Below the pieces are notes generated by a model, which searched no databases, was not told where the DNA came from, and saw only the letters and a list, made by a program, of their open reading frames with translations. Shown here piece after piece: positions 18,616 to 28,676 of a stretch of 64,000 nt of DNA. The stretch lies in the NCBI GenBank assembly GCA_029210265.1, contig JARGNP010000002.1, positions 48,718 to 112,717 of the forward strand, given 5' to 3'. Within the stretch, counting starts at the first letter, position 1. Each line of letters begins with the position of its first letter. This stretch comes from Legionellaceae bacterium (GTDB lineage: Bacteria; Pseudomonadota; Gammaproteobacteria; Legionellales; Legionellaceae). The translations under genes were made by a program, and so were the position numbers.

Positions 18616-19422
18616 ATGCAAAAAAAGCAATTACCCATCGGTGTATTTGATTCGGGTATGGGCGGTCTTACTGTGCTGCGCGCTTTACGTGCGCGCTTAC
18701 CTGATGAGTCGTTTATTTACTTAGGTGATACGGCGCGCTTACCGTATGGCACGAAAAGTCAGGATACCGTACGGCAATATGCCATGCAGATGGCGCGTAT
18801 TTTGGTGGAGCGGCGCATTAAAGCGCTGGTGATTGCGTGTAATACTGCCACTACGGCAGCGCTATCGCATGTGCAAGCCATGTTGCCAGAGATACCGGTC
18901 GTGGGTGTGATTGCTCCTGGTGCTTCTGCTGCGGTTGAGGCCACACTTAATCATAAATTATTGGTACTTGGAACAGAAACAACGGTTGCAAGCCATGCCT
19001 ATCAAGCATTGATTCAGGCTTCGCTTCCCAAGGCTTGTATTCAGGCACGTGCAAGCAGTTTGCTGGTCGCGCTTGCCGAAGAAGGTATGGTGCATAATGA
19101 TATAGCGCGTGCAGCGTTAGCGCATTATTTATCAGAACGTGTGGATGAAGATACGGTATTACTTGGGTGTACGCATTTTCCTGTATTTAAACCGCTGTTA
19201 CGAGAGCTGCTGCCGAAGCATGTACGCGTGGTTGACTCAGCTGAAGCAACGGCCGATGCCGTTAAGCAAGCGCTCATGGATACGAATAGGTTAAATACCG
19301 TAAGTACTCAAAATAAAACGCATTATTTAGTTACGGATTCAGTTGCGCGTTTTGGCGCGGTGGGCGCTATTTTTCTTGGTGATCCGTTAAATTATAACGA
19401 TATTGAACTGGTGGATGCATGA
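18616..19422 (+). CDS. murI: Glutamate racemase
   Basis: IGVFDSGMGGLTVL, VIACNTA and LGCTHFP motifs. 268 aa. Confidence 0.9.
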   Translation: MQKKQLPIGVFDSGMGGLTVLRALRARLPDESFIYLGDTARLPYGTKSQDTVRQYAMQMARILVERRIKALVIACNTATTAALSHVQAMLPEIPVVGVIAPGASAAVEATLNHKLLVLGTETTVASHAYQALIQASLPKACIQARASSLLVALAEEGMVHNDIARAALAHYLSERVDEDTVLLGCTHFPVFKPLLRELLPKHVRVVDSAEATADAVKQALMDTNRLNTVSTQNKTHYLVTDSVARFGAVGAIFLGDPLNYNDIELVDA

Positions 19423-20762
19423 ATTTACGTGAGATAGCAATAAGTTTAGATTTGACTGTATCTGAGAATATGCCTGGCGATGTTGTTATTACAGGTGTTT
19501 CTATTGATACGCGAACATTGGAAGCCGGTAATTTGTTTGTTGCATTGCGTGGCACGCGTGTGGATGGCCAGCAGTTTATTCCGGAGGCGATTAAACGCGG
19601 CGCATCAGCTGTGCTTTGCAGCGAGTTATCTCCTGAATGTAATATTCCGCAGCTTGTTTATCCTGATTTAGAAAAAGCACTCGGCTTAATAGCCACGGCC
19701 TATAGAGCAAGCTTGTCGTGCCCTGTGGTCGCATTGACAGGTAGCAACGGAAAAACAACGGTGAAAGAAATGTTGGCATCTATTTTACCTAAGCCTGCAT
19801 TTGCAACGCCGGGTAATTGGAATAATCACTTAGGCGTACCGCTGAGTATTATGAAATTAAATAAAACGCATCGCTACGCAGTACTTGAGTTGGGCGCTAA
19901 CCATGCCGGTGAAATTGCGTACACTTCTGCTATGGCCAAGCCTCATGTAACGCTGATTAATAATATTTCGGGAGCGCACATTGAAGGGTTTGGGTCGATT
20001 GAAGGGATAGCAAAAGCCAAAGGTGAAATACATCAGAATTTATTACCGGGTGGCACGGCGGTGATTAATGCAGATGATGACTATGCGCATTATTGGGATG
20101 ATGTGCTGGCAAATAAAAAGATTTTGCGTTTCTCGGCCACGCAACACGATGTTGATATTTATGCGAAAGATATTGAGTTAAATCATACGGATGGGCCAAG
20201 ATTTAAATTAGTAACGCCGGCGGGTGATATGACAATTATTCTAAAAGTCCCTGGTATGCACCATGTACTTAATGCACTGGCAGCAGCGTCATGCGCTTAT
20301 GCACTTCATATCGCGTTAGATAAAATAGCCGAGGGTCTTGCTCAATTTTCAGGTGTACCAGGTCGGCTTACCTCGCGTGCAGGTCGCCATGATGCGATGA
20401 TTCTGGATGATACGTATAACGCGAATTTAAGCTCGGTATTAGCCGGTATTCACGTGCTTGCGGCGCGAAAAGGGAAGCGTGTGTTAGTGCTCGGTGATAT
20501 GGGGGAGCTTGGCGAACATTCGGCGGCGTACCATCAAGAAGCCGGCGAGGTAGCACGAACGGAGGGCTTGGATAAGGTCTTTACCTGTGGCACACAAAGT
20601 CATAGGGCAGCAGATGCTTTCGGTGAGCAAGGGCAGCATTTTGAAACACAAGAAGCCTTGCTTGAGGCGTTATTGTCGCTTTTGGATGCAACAACGACGG
20701 TACTGGTTAAAGGATCGCGTTCAAGCGCGATGGAAAACGTGGTGAATGGATTGGTTATCTAG
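19419..20762 (+). CDS. murF: UDP-N-acetylmuramoyl-tripeptide--D-alanyl-D-alanine ligase
   Basis: SIDTRTLEAGNLFVALRG and TGSNGKTTVKEM (Mur ligase P-loop). 447 aa. The ATG overlaps the murI stop (ATGA). Confidence 0.9.
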   Translation: MNLREIAISLDLTVSENMPGDVVITGVSIDTRTLEAGNLFVALRGTRVDGQQFIPEAIKRGASAVLCSELSPECNIPQLVYPDLEKALGLIATAYRASLSCPVVALTGSNGKTTVKEMLASILPKPAFATPGNWNNHLGVPLSIMKLNKTHRYAVLELGANHAGEIAYTSAMAKPHVTLINNISGAHIEGFGSIEGIAKAKGEIHQNLLPGGTAVINADDDYAHYWDDVLANKKILRFSATQHDVDIYAKDIELNHTDGPRFKLVTPAGDMTIILKVPGMHHVLNALAAASCAYALHIALDKIAEGLAQFSGVPGRLTSRAGRHDAMILDDTYNANLSSVLAGIHVLAARKGKRVLVLGDMGELGEHSAAYHQEAGEVARTEGLDKVFTCGTQSHRAADAFGEQGQHFETQEALLEALLSLLDATTTVLVKGSRSSAMENVVNGLVI

Positions 20763-20873
20763 TTGCCTATTTGCCTCGTTGCTGAATTGCGTGAGACAAG
20801 TGCGTAAGATGCACGAGGCATAATATATGATATGCTGTTTTTATTTGATTTGTTAGATTTAGGATAAAAAACA

Positions 20874-21959
20874 ATGCTTTATTGGCTTACACAATTATTT
20901 CAAAGTAATTATCACGCACTTCGCGTGTTTCAATATTTAACACTCAGGTCTATTTTGGCCGCGTTGACGGCTTTAGTCATTGCGCTGTGTTGTGGCCCGG
21001 TGATGATCCGGTGGCTGAAGAAACTTCAAGTGGGTCAGGTCGTACGCGATGATGGACCACAAACGCATTTATCGAAAGCTGGAACGCCTACGATGGGAGG
21101 CGTTTTAATTTTATTTTCTGTCACGCTAAGTAGCTTGTTATGGGGTGATTTAAGTCAGCCGAATTTATGGCTTGCTTTGTTCGTGACGCTCGGCTTTGGT
21201 TGGATCGGCTGGGTTGATGATTATCGTAAGTTGGTGCTCAAAAATAGTAAAGGTTTGTCGGCTCGGAAAAAAATGATATGGCAATCGTTGGTTGCTTTGG
21301 GTGCTGTGCTGTATTTGTATACGCAAGCAAGCTTACCGATTCATACACAACTTGCCGTGCCTTTTTTGAAAGATTGCTTAATACCGTTGGGTTTATTTTT
21401 TCCTGTTTTTGCTTATTTTGTGATTGTCGGTAGCAGCAATGCGGTGAATTTAACCGATGGTTTAGATGGGTTAGCAACGATGCCGATCGTGATGGTGGCC
21501 GGCGCGTTGGGTGTTTTTGCTTATGTCACAAGTAATGCGGTTTATGCGCATTATTTGTCGGTACCGTTTGTACCTAATACTGAAGAGCTTACTATTTTTT
21601 GCTCAGCAATGGTCGGGGCAGGCCTTGGTTTTCTTTGGTATAACACGTATCCCGCACAAGTGTTTATGGGTGATGTCGGCTCGCTATCTCTGGGAGCCGC
21701 ATTGGGTATTGTTGCCGTGATTATTCGTCAAGAGTTGGTGCTTGGGATTATGGGTGGGTTGTTTGTGCTAGAAACGCTGTCGGTTGTATTGCAAGTGGTT
21801 TATTTTAAATGCTCGGGTGGTCAGCGTATTTTTAGAATGGCACCGCTTCATCATCATTTTGAGCTCAAAGGTTGGGCTGAGCCTAAAGTGATTGTTCGGT
21901 TTTGGATTATCACCGTGATATTTGTCTTATGTGGCTTAGCGACTCTGAAGCTTCGTTAA
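20874..21959 (+). CDS. mraY: Phospho-N-acetylmuramoyl-pentapeptide transferase
   Basis: [20 protein letters not shown] and MAPLHHHFE motifs. 361 aa, polytopic. Confidence 0.95.
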   Translation: MLYWLTQLFQSNYHALRVFQYLTLRSILAALTALVIALCCGPVMIRWLKKLQVGQVVRDDGPQTHLSKAGTPTMGGVLILFSVTLSSLLWGDLSQPNLWLALFVTLGFGWIGWVDDYRKLVLKNSKGLSARKKMIWQSLVALGAVLYLYTQASLPIHTQLAVPFLKDCLIPLGLFFPVFAYFVIVGSSNAVNLTDGLDGLATMPIVMVAGALGVFAYVTSNAVYAHYLSVPFVPNTEELTIFCSAMVGAGLGFLWYNTYPAQVFMGDVGSLSLGAALGIVAVIIRQELVLGIMGGLFVLETLSVVLQVVYFKCSGGQRIFRMAPLHHHFELKGWAEPKVIVRFWIITVIFVLCGLATLKLR

Positions 21960-21982
21960 TATAAGCAGTAATTATTGAGATA

Positions 21983-23350
21983 ATGATTGAGGTAATGATG
22001 CAAAAAATGACGTTGATTGTGGGGCTTGGGAAAACGGGGCAGTCGATCGCACGATATTTGCATCATAAAAATTTATCTTTTGCAGTTTATGATACGCGAG
22101 AAGCGCCTCCTGGAGAGGCGTTTTTTCGTAAGACCTATCCTGATGTCCCGCTTTATTTAAAAACATACCCTGAAAATTTATATAATCATGTGGAAAAAAT
22201 AATATGTAGCCCAGGTGTGTCGTTGGATATTACTTTGATCCACGAGGCGCGTGTACATCATATTCCCATAGAAAGTGATATTGATTGTTTGGCTCGTGAG
22301 GTAGATGCACCCATGGTTGCCATTACGGGAACGAACGGAAAATCTACGGTGACGTGTTTGTTGGGTGAGATGGCACAAGCGGCGGGAATGAAAACAGCTG
22401 TAGCGGGTAATATTGGTACGCCGGTTTTAGATTTTTTATTAGATGAGCAGGATGTGTTTGATGTTTGGGTACTCGAGCTTTCCAGCTTTCAATTAGAGCT
22501 TACAAGCACGCTTCGCCCTGTGGCGGCGGTTATATTGAATATCTCACCCGATCATCTTGATAGGCATCATACTGGAGAAGCATATCGCGCGGCAAAGCAA
22601 CGCGTGTATCGAGGTGCTGGAGCGTGTGTTTTTAATCGTGATGATGCTGAGACAAAACCAGAGACCGCTTGTCTTGAGGAAGATGCGCGCGTGATTAGCT
22701 ATGGCTCAGATGAGCCGATGACGCAAAATGATTGGGGGTTGCGTCAAGATACGAACCATCAGCTGTGTCTTGCTCGAGGCGCTGCGTTGATTATGCCCGT
22801 GGACGAAATAGCCATGAAAGGTCGTCATAACTGGATGAATGCTTTGGCGACCTGTGCTTTGGCGGAATTATTAGCGATTCCTATGGATGTTTGTGTTGCT
22901 GTGTTAAAAACGTTTTCAGGTCTGCCGCACCGCTGTCAGAACATACGCGTGTTAGATGATATCGCCTGGATTAATGATTCCAAAGGCACCAATGTTGGGG
23001 CAACCGAGTCCGCGATTACGGGCCTTAGTTCGTCTGTAAAAGGCAAGCTTATATTGATTGCTGGCGGGCAGGGAAAAGGCGGGGATTTTCAGGCGCTTCG
23101 CCAATCTATCTTGGAGCATGTTCGTGCTTTAGTTCTGATAGGTGAGGATGCGAAGCTGTTAGACGAAGCGTTACGTGATGTGGTTGATATCTATCATGCG
23201 GCTTCTTTGGATGATGCCGTTAAGCAAGCGCAGTCATGTGCTCAATCAGGAGATGCTGTGCTTTTATCTCCCGCGTGCGCAAGCTTTGATATGTTTGATA
23301 GCTTTAATCATCGCGGGGAGGTTTTTACAGCCTTGGTGCACGCGCTATGA
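21983..23350 (+). CDS. murD: UDP-N-acetylmuramoylalanine--D-glutamate ligase
   Basis: VGLGKTG, ITGTNGKSTV and NDSKGTNVGA motifs. The true start may be one of the downstream in-frame ATGs (MQKMTLIV..). Confidence 0.9.
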   Translation: MIEVMMQKMTLIVGLGKTGQSIARYLHHKNLSFAVYDTREAPPGEAFFRKTYPDVPLYLKTYPENLYNHVEKIICSPGVSLDITLIHEARVHHIPIESDIDCLAREVDAPMVAITGTNGKSTVTCLLGEMAQAAGMKTAVAGNIGTPVLDFLLDEQDVFDVWVLELSSFQLELTSTLRPVAAVILNISPDHLDRHHTGEAYRAAKQRVYRGAGACVFNRDDAETKPETACLEEDARVISYGSDEPMTQNDWGLRQDTNHQLCLARGAALIMPVDEIAMKGRHNWMNALATCALAELLAIPMDVCVAVLKTFSGLPHRCQNIRVLDDIAWINDSKGTNVGATESAITGLSSSVKGKLILIAGGQGKGGDFQALRQSILEHVRALVLIGEDAKLLDEALRDVVDIYHAASLDDAVKQAQSCAQSGDAVLLSPACASFDMFDSFNHRGEVFTALVHAL

Positions 23351-24516
23351 TGGGCATGGGTATGCGTCACGCAGTTCGTTCTCGGGCTGCGAGTGAACCG
23401 TTAGCTTTATATGATAAATGGCTTTTGGTTGCAATTATTGGTTTATTATTTCTGGGTTTGTTAATGGTTGCCTCGAGCTCGGTGATGATTTCGACGAAGT
23501 ATTATCAACAGCCGTTTCACTTTCTAGTTCGCCAAGTTTGTTATTTGGTGCTTGGGTTGTTGGTTGGTATGTTTGTGATGCGTGTTGATACCAGTGTTTG
23601 GGAAAAATGGAGTGCGCCACTTTTATTAATCTGCTTGGCTATGCTTGTGCTTGTTTTGATTCCAGGCATTGGCCGGGTGGTGAATGGAAGTCGGCGTTGG
23701 TTGACGCTTGGCCCTGTCTCGATTCAAGTGTCTGAAATTGTAAAATTATCCATGATTTTATATTTGGCTGGCTATTTGGTTCGGCAACAGCAGCGTGCAC
23801 AAAGTGAAGTGTCTAATTTTATTAAGCCTCTAGGCTTGCTGGCTTTAATTGCTGTATTGCTTTTATCTGAGCCTGATTTTGGGGCAACGGTTGTGATCAG
23901 CACAACCGTCATGGTGATACTTTTTTTATCGGGCGTAAAGTTAAGGTACTATGCTGGGCTTGTGGTTATGATGGTGGCCTCGTTGGGTGTTCTTGCGGTG
24001 TCATCACCTTATCGTATGGCGCGTTTGACGGCTTTTTTAAACCCTTGGGCCGATCAATTTAATAGTGGTTATCAACTCACTCAGTCGTTGATTGCTTTTG
24101 GGCGTGGTGGCTGGTTTGGAACAGGGTTAGGCAGTAGTGTTCAGAAACTGCTTTATTTGCCTGAGGCGCACACAGATTTTATGTTTGCTGTACTTGCAGA
24201 GGAGCTTGGTTTGCTGGGTGTGCTCCTTGTTTTGATTTTGTATAGTATACTGGTAATACGAGGGTTGCTTATAGGCCTTCGATCGTATCAGGCAGAACGT
24301 TTTTTTGCGGCGTATACAGCATACGGAATTACGTTTTGGCTCGGGATGCAAGCGGTGATTAATATGGGCGTGAATGCAGGATTATTGCCTACCAAAGGTT
24401 TGACGCTACCGCTTTTAAGTTATGGGGGCGCGAGCTTGGTGGTTAATTGTATTGCACTTGCTTTATTATTACGTATTGATCACGAAACACGCTGGCAATC
24501 ATTAGGTTTTAGATAA
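23347..24516 (+). CDS. ftsW: Peptidoglycan glycosyltransferase / cell division protein FtsW (SEDS family)
   Basis: Polytopic. It shows RWLTLGPVSIQVSE, EPDFGA, LPEAHTDFMFAVLAEELG and LPTKGLTLPLLSYGG motifs, and overlaps the murD stop (ATGA). Confidence 0.9.
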   Translation: MMGMGMRHAVRSRAASEPLALYDKWLLVAIIGLLFLGLLMVASSSVMISTKYYQQPFHFLVRQVCYLVLGLLVGMFVMRVDTSVWEKWSAPLLLICLAMLVLVLIPGIGRVVNGSRRWLTLGPVSIQVSEIVKLSMILYLAGYLVRQQQRAQSEVSNFIKPLGLLALIAVLLLSEPDFGATVVISTTVMVILFLSGVKLRYYAGLVVMMVASLGVLAVSSPYRMARLTAFLNPWADQFNSGYQLTQSLIAFGRGGWFGTGLGSSVQKLLYLPEAHTDFMFAVLAEELGLLGVLLVLILYSILVIRGLLIGLRSYQAERFFAAYTAYGITFWLGMQAVINMGVNAGLLPTKGLTLPLLSYGGASLVVNCIALALLLRIDHETRWQSLGFR

Positions 24517-24528
24517 TTAGGGGGTGTT

Positions 24529-25953
24529 GTGGATAATACGAATACATTCTCATTACCAAGAATGGGGCGCGTTGACCACATTCATTTTGTTGGTATTGCA
24601 GGTACAGGCATGTGTGGCATTGCCGAAGTGCTGCATAACGAAGGGTATCATGTCACCGGTTCGGATATGAATGATAACCATACCGCGGCACATTTGCGAG
24701 AGCAAGGTGTTTTGGTATTTACTCAACATCAGGCCGAAAATATTGCAGGGGCTGATGTGGTGGTGCGTTCGACGGCGATTCATGAAGACAATCCTGAAGT
24801 GGTTGCTGCTCGTGCTGCACGTATTCCTGTGATTCCTCGGGCAATGATGTTGGCTGAGCTGATGCGCTTCCGTCAAGGCATAGCGATTGCCGGTACGCAC
24901 GGGAAAACAACGACGACGAGTTTGGTGAGCAGCTTGCTTGCCGAAGGCGGGCTTGATCCGAGCTTTGTGATTGGCGGAAAATTAACAAACAGCGGTAGCA
25001 ATGCAAAACTAGGTGGTTCAGCGTATTTGGTTGCTGAAGCCGATGAAAGTGATGCTTCGTTTTTGTTTTTGAAGCCTACGATGGCGGTTGTGACGAATAT
25101 TGATGCTGATCATATGGAAACGTATGACGGTGATTTTAATAAATTACGTGATACGTTTCTTGAATTTTTACATCACTTGCCTTTTTATGGTTTGGCTGTG
25201 GTCTGTATCGATGATGCGAATGTTCGTCATGTTTTGCCGTCGATTCAACGCCCTACATTGACGTATGGTTTTTCTGAAGATGCGGAGTATCGTGCAGATG
25301 ACTGGAAGCAAGAGGGATTATTGAGTCGTTTTACGGTGACGCGGCCTGAACCTCATGCGGCATTGACGATTGATTTAAATTTGCCGGGACGTCATAACAC
25401 CTTGAATGCGTTGGCGGCAATTGCGCTGGCCACGGAATTGGGTGTGCGTGATGGGGCGATATTGGATGGATTGCGATCGTTTCAAGGCGTTGGGCGCCGG
25501 TTTCAGGTGTTAGGTGAACGTCAATTTGTACATGGCACAGCTTTGGTGGTGGATGATTATGGTCATCATCCTGAAGAAATTCGTGCAACGATTGAAGCGT
25601 TTCGAGCTGTTTGGCCTGATAAGCGTTTAATACATATTTTTCAACCGCATCGTTACTCACGAACAAAAGAATTGTTCTCGCCATTTGTTGACGTGCTTGG
25701 TTTGGCTGATGAGTTGTTATTATTTGATATTTATTCGGCGGGCGAGCCGATGATGGAAGGTATTAGCAGCGCGGCTTTGGCGAAAGCCGTTGATGAACGG
25801 AAAGGCGGGGACGTTTCGATCGTGACCGAAGATAATTTGAGCGCACGTTTAGATAATATGGTCCAAGAGGGTGATGTTATTTTACTGCAAGGTGCGGGTA
25901 ATATCGGACAAATTGCAATTAATCTTGTTGACAATTCTGGAGTGAAGTTATGA
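24529..25953 (+). CDS. murC: UDP-N-acetylmuramate--L-alanine ligase
   Basis: RVDHIHFVGIAGTGMCGIAEVL, close to the E. coli MurC N-terminus, and GTHGKTTTTS. The GTG start lies 12 nt after the ftsW stop. Confidence 0.9.
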   Translation: MDNTNTFSLPRMGRVDHIHFVGIAGTGMCGIAEVLHNEGYHVTGSDMNDNHTAAHLREQGVLVFTQHQAENIAGADVVVRSTAIHEDNPEVVAARAARIPVIPRAMMLAELMRFRQGIAIAGTHGKTTTTSLVSSLLAEGGLDPSFVIGGKLTNSGSNAKLGGSAYLVAEADESDASFLFLKPTMAVVTNIDADHMETYDGDFNKLRDTFLEFLHHLPFYGLAVVCIDDANVRHVLPSIQRPTLTYGFSEDAEYRADDWKQEGLLSRFTVTRPEPHAALTIDLNLPGRHNTLNALAAIALATELGVRDGAILDGLRSFQGVGRRFQVLGERQFVHGTALVVDDYGHHPEEIRATIEAFRAVWPDKRLIHIFQPHRYSRTKELFSPFVDVLGLADELLLFDIYSAGEPMMEGISSAALAKAVDERKGGDVSIVTEDNLSARLDNMVQEGDVILLQGAGNIGQIAINLVDNSGVKL

Positions 25954-26843
25954 GCTTAACTCCCGGTTTATCCGGGTTAAAGCTATCTAACGAATCGCTT
26001 TCAAAATATACCACGTGGCGTATTGGTGGGCCTGCAGATAGTTTATATAAGCCTGCAGGAATTCAAGATCTTATCTTATTTTTAAAGCAATGTGATGCAA
26101 ACGAGCCGTTGACCTGGCTTGGGCTCGGTAGTAACTCACTTATACGCGATCGAGGGGTTACGGGAACCGTGGTTTTAACCCAGGGCTGTTTAAATGGTTT
26201 AGAGCTCGTGGGGGATGATTTAATTCGTGTTGAAGCCGGTGTTTCATGTGCAAAAATGGCGCGATTTTCTGCGCGATTAGGCTTGCATGGCGGCGAGTTT
26301 TGGGCCGGTATTCCTGGAACTATGGGTGGAGCCTTACGCATGAATGCGGGATGTTTTCAGGGAGAAACCTGGGATTCCGTGGTTGAAGTAGAAACGATTA
26401 CACGAACCGGTGAAATTCGGCGTCGTACGCCTGCTGAATTTGCGATTGCCTATCGCTCGGTGGCAGGGCTTGAGCTGGATGAGTGGTTTGTTGCCGCGAC
26501 ATGTCGTTTGGCATTTGGTGAAAAAGAGATCGCGCTGCAGCGGATTAAGACGTTGCTAAGCCAACGTGCCAGTACGCAACCCACCAGTGAGTATAATTGC
26601 GGCTCAGTGTTTCGTAATCCCCCGGGCGATCATGCAGCACGTTTAATTGAATCGTGTGGACTCAAGGGTTTTGTGAATGGCGGAGCAAAGGTTTCAGACA
26701 AGCATGCAAATTTTATTATTAATCATGAAGGACGAGCATCCGCGCATGATATTGAAGGTTTGATTTTGCATGTGCATACTGAGATCTTACAGCAAACAGG
26801 GATTGATTTGGTACGGGAAGTACATATTGTAGGAGGCGTTTGA
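25950..26843 (+). CDS. murB: UDP-N-acetylenolpyruvoylglucosamine reductase
   Basis: YTTWRIGGPAD, LGLGSNSL and GSVFRNPPG motifs. 297 aa. Confidence 0.9.
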   Translation: MSLTPGLSGLKLSNESLSKYTTWRIGGPADSLYKPAGIQDLILFLKQCDANEPLTWLGLGSNSLIRDRGVTGTVVLTQGCLNGLELVGDDLIRVEAGVSCAKMARFSARLGLHGGEFWAGIPGTMGGALRMNAGCFQGETWDSVVEVETITRTGEIRRRTPAEFAIAYRSVAGLELDEWFVAATCRLAFGEKEIALQRIKTLLSQRASTQPTSEYNCGSVFRNPPGDHAARLIESCGLKGFVNGGAKVSDKHANFIINHEGRASAHDIEGLILHVHTEILQQTGIDLVREVHIVGGV

Positions 26844-27964
26844 TGGCGGGCTTAAAACTTGTCTTGCTTTATGGAGGGCAGTCGGGGGAGCACGAAATTT
26901 CGCTACAGTCTGCTGCTTCGGTTTTGGCTGCGTTGGATCCCGTGCATTATGATGTGATTGCTATTGGTATAGATAAACAGGGCTGTTTATATATTAATAA
27001 TACGGAGGCATTACGAGACCTGCATGCTGAAGCTTTGCCTGTAGCACTTGCTGATGCGGAGCGTTTGCCGAGCTTGCTGCTTAATGGCAAGTTAGCGGTG
27101 GATGCTGAGCTTGTGTTCCCTGTGATGCATGGTCCGTTGTGTGAAGACGGTGCTTTGCAAGGTTTATTCAATTTAGCCGGCGTTGCTTATGTTGGATGTG
27201 ATGTTTTATCAGCAGCCGTCAGCATGGATAAAGATATTGCGCGGCAGTTAGTGGGGCATATTGAAGGCATTCATGCGGTGCCTTATCATCGATTGCCTTA
27301 TACCGAAACGTTAGAGCACGATCGTAGTCGGTGTGAAGCCGCTGTCGCTGAATTGGGTTGGCCTGTATTTGTTAAGCCCTGTTCTCTGGGGTCAAGCGTT
27401 GGTATTCATCGCGCGGATACCATGGAGCAATTGCTGACGGCTGTGCGTGATGCGCGGCGCTATGATACAACGGTGCTTATCGAGGCGTTTATTGCCGGAC
27501 GTGAAATAGAAGTCGGTGTGTTGGAGCATGCCTCACGTGAAGGATTACCGGATGTCACGGTGCCTGGTGAGATTAAAGTGGAGCATACGGATGGATTTTA
27601 TTCTTATGCGGCAAAATATCTTGAATCGGATGATAGTCAGCTTTGCATTCCAGCTGCACTCGATCAGGAAGCGACGAGGCATGTACAAATCGCTGCTGCA
27701 GAAATATTTATGCGGCTAAAATGCCATGGTCTTGCGCGCGTTGATTTCTTTGTTCAATCAGAAACAAATAAAATTTATTTCAACGAGATTAACACCATGC
27801 CTGGATTCACGTTGGTGAGTATGTTTCCTAAATTATGGGAGGCAAGTGGCTTAAGCTATTCGGCGCTACTTGAGCGGCTGATTGTTTTAGCTCAAATGCG
27901 ACAACGTAGTCGGGAAAAGTTAGTGACTGATTATTCAAGCGCTCCAGATCATGCGCTGGCTTAG
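26843..27964 (+). CDS. ddl: D-alanine--D-alanine ligase (long, DdlA-like form)
   Basis: LLYGGQSGEHEISLQSA, IAIGIDKQG, HGPLCEDGALQG and EINTMPGFT motifs. At about 373 aa it is collinear with E. coli DdlA rather than the about 306-aa DdlB. The ATG overlaps the murB TGA. Confidence 0.9.
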   Translation: MAGLKLVLLYGGQSGEHEISLQSAASVLAALDPVHYDVIAIGIDKQGCLYINNTEALRDLHAEALPVALADAERLPSLLLNGKLAVDAELVFPVMHGPLCEDGALQGLFNLAGVAYVGCDVLSAAVSMDKDIARQLVGHIEGIHAVPYHRLPYTETLEHDRSRCEAAVAELGWPVFVKPCSLGSSVGIHRADTMEQLLTAVRDARRYDTTVLIEAFIAGREIEVGVLEHASREGLPDVTVPGEIKVEHTDGFYSYAAKYLESDDSQLCIPAALDQEATRHVQIAAAEIFMRLKCHGLARVDFFVQSETNKIYFNEINTMPGFTLVSMFPKLWEASGLSYSALLERLIVLAQMRQRSREKLVTDYSSAPDHALA

Positions 27965-28676
27965 CGCGTTACAGCTTCAATTTTCGACTCGACTCGCGTG
28001 CTTGGTTGTGTGCGCTTGTTTATTAACAGGGCGATTGGTTTATCTGGGTATTTCTGATGCAGCACGTTTTCCTGTCCAGACGGTTCAAATTGAAGCGACG
28101 TATGAGCATATAACGCGAGAGGCTTTGGAACAAATTTTATCCCCGCACTTAAAGCAAAGCTTTTTGATGCTCTCAACACAAAAATTAACAACAGAATTGC
28201 TTGCGATGAGTTGGTGCAAACATGTGAACGTAACGCGTACATGGCCGGGTATACTCAAAGTTAAATTAATCGAACATCAACCGATTGCTGTCTGGAATGG
28301 CGCTTTTATCACATCCGAGGGTATTTTATTTAATCAGGATGACGTGCTGAAAGGCGCGTATTCTGGGGCTTATCTTTATGGTCCAGAAGAACAACAACAT
28401 GAAGTCTTACAAACGTACGAAAAATTGAGTAAGCTATTACTAAAGTATGGCTTAAATATAGCCTCGTTAGAGCTGCGTAATAATCAAGCTTGGGAGCTTG
28501 TGCTCACAAATGGTGTGACATTACGCCTCGGAAAGCAAGACTTAGAGCCACGCTTGCGTCGCTTTTGTCGGGCTTATCCAGCAGTTTTTGGTGATAAACC
28601 GGAACTCTTGTCGAGTGTTGATTTACGTTATGCACGCGGGATGGCGGTGCAATGGAAGCAGCAAACGGGAAAATAA
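27951..28676 (+). CDS. ftsQ: Cell division protein FtsQ
   Basis: Single N-terminal TM segment followed by POTRA-like and FtsQ domains (VTRTWPGILKVKLIEHQPIAVWN). Located between ddl and ftsA. Confidence 0.85.
   Translation: MRWLSALQLQFSTRLACLVVCACLLTGRLVYLGISDAARFPVQTVQIEATYEHITREALEQILSPHLKQSFLMLSTQKLTTELLAMSWCKHVNVTRTWPGILKVKLIEHQPIAVWNGAFITSEGILFNQDDVLKGAYSGAYLYGPEEQQHEVLQTYEKLSKLLLKYGLNIASLELRNNQAWELVLTNGVTLRLGKQDLEPRLRRFCRAYPAVFGDKPELLSSVDLRYARGMAVQWKQQTGK

Noticed and set aside
24553-25684. Antisense ORFs of 115, 95 and 117 aa inside murC
   Set aside because: They are opposite a well-conserved Mur ligase CDS. Their products are His/Arg/Pro-rich nonsense-like peptides with no start context.
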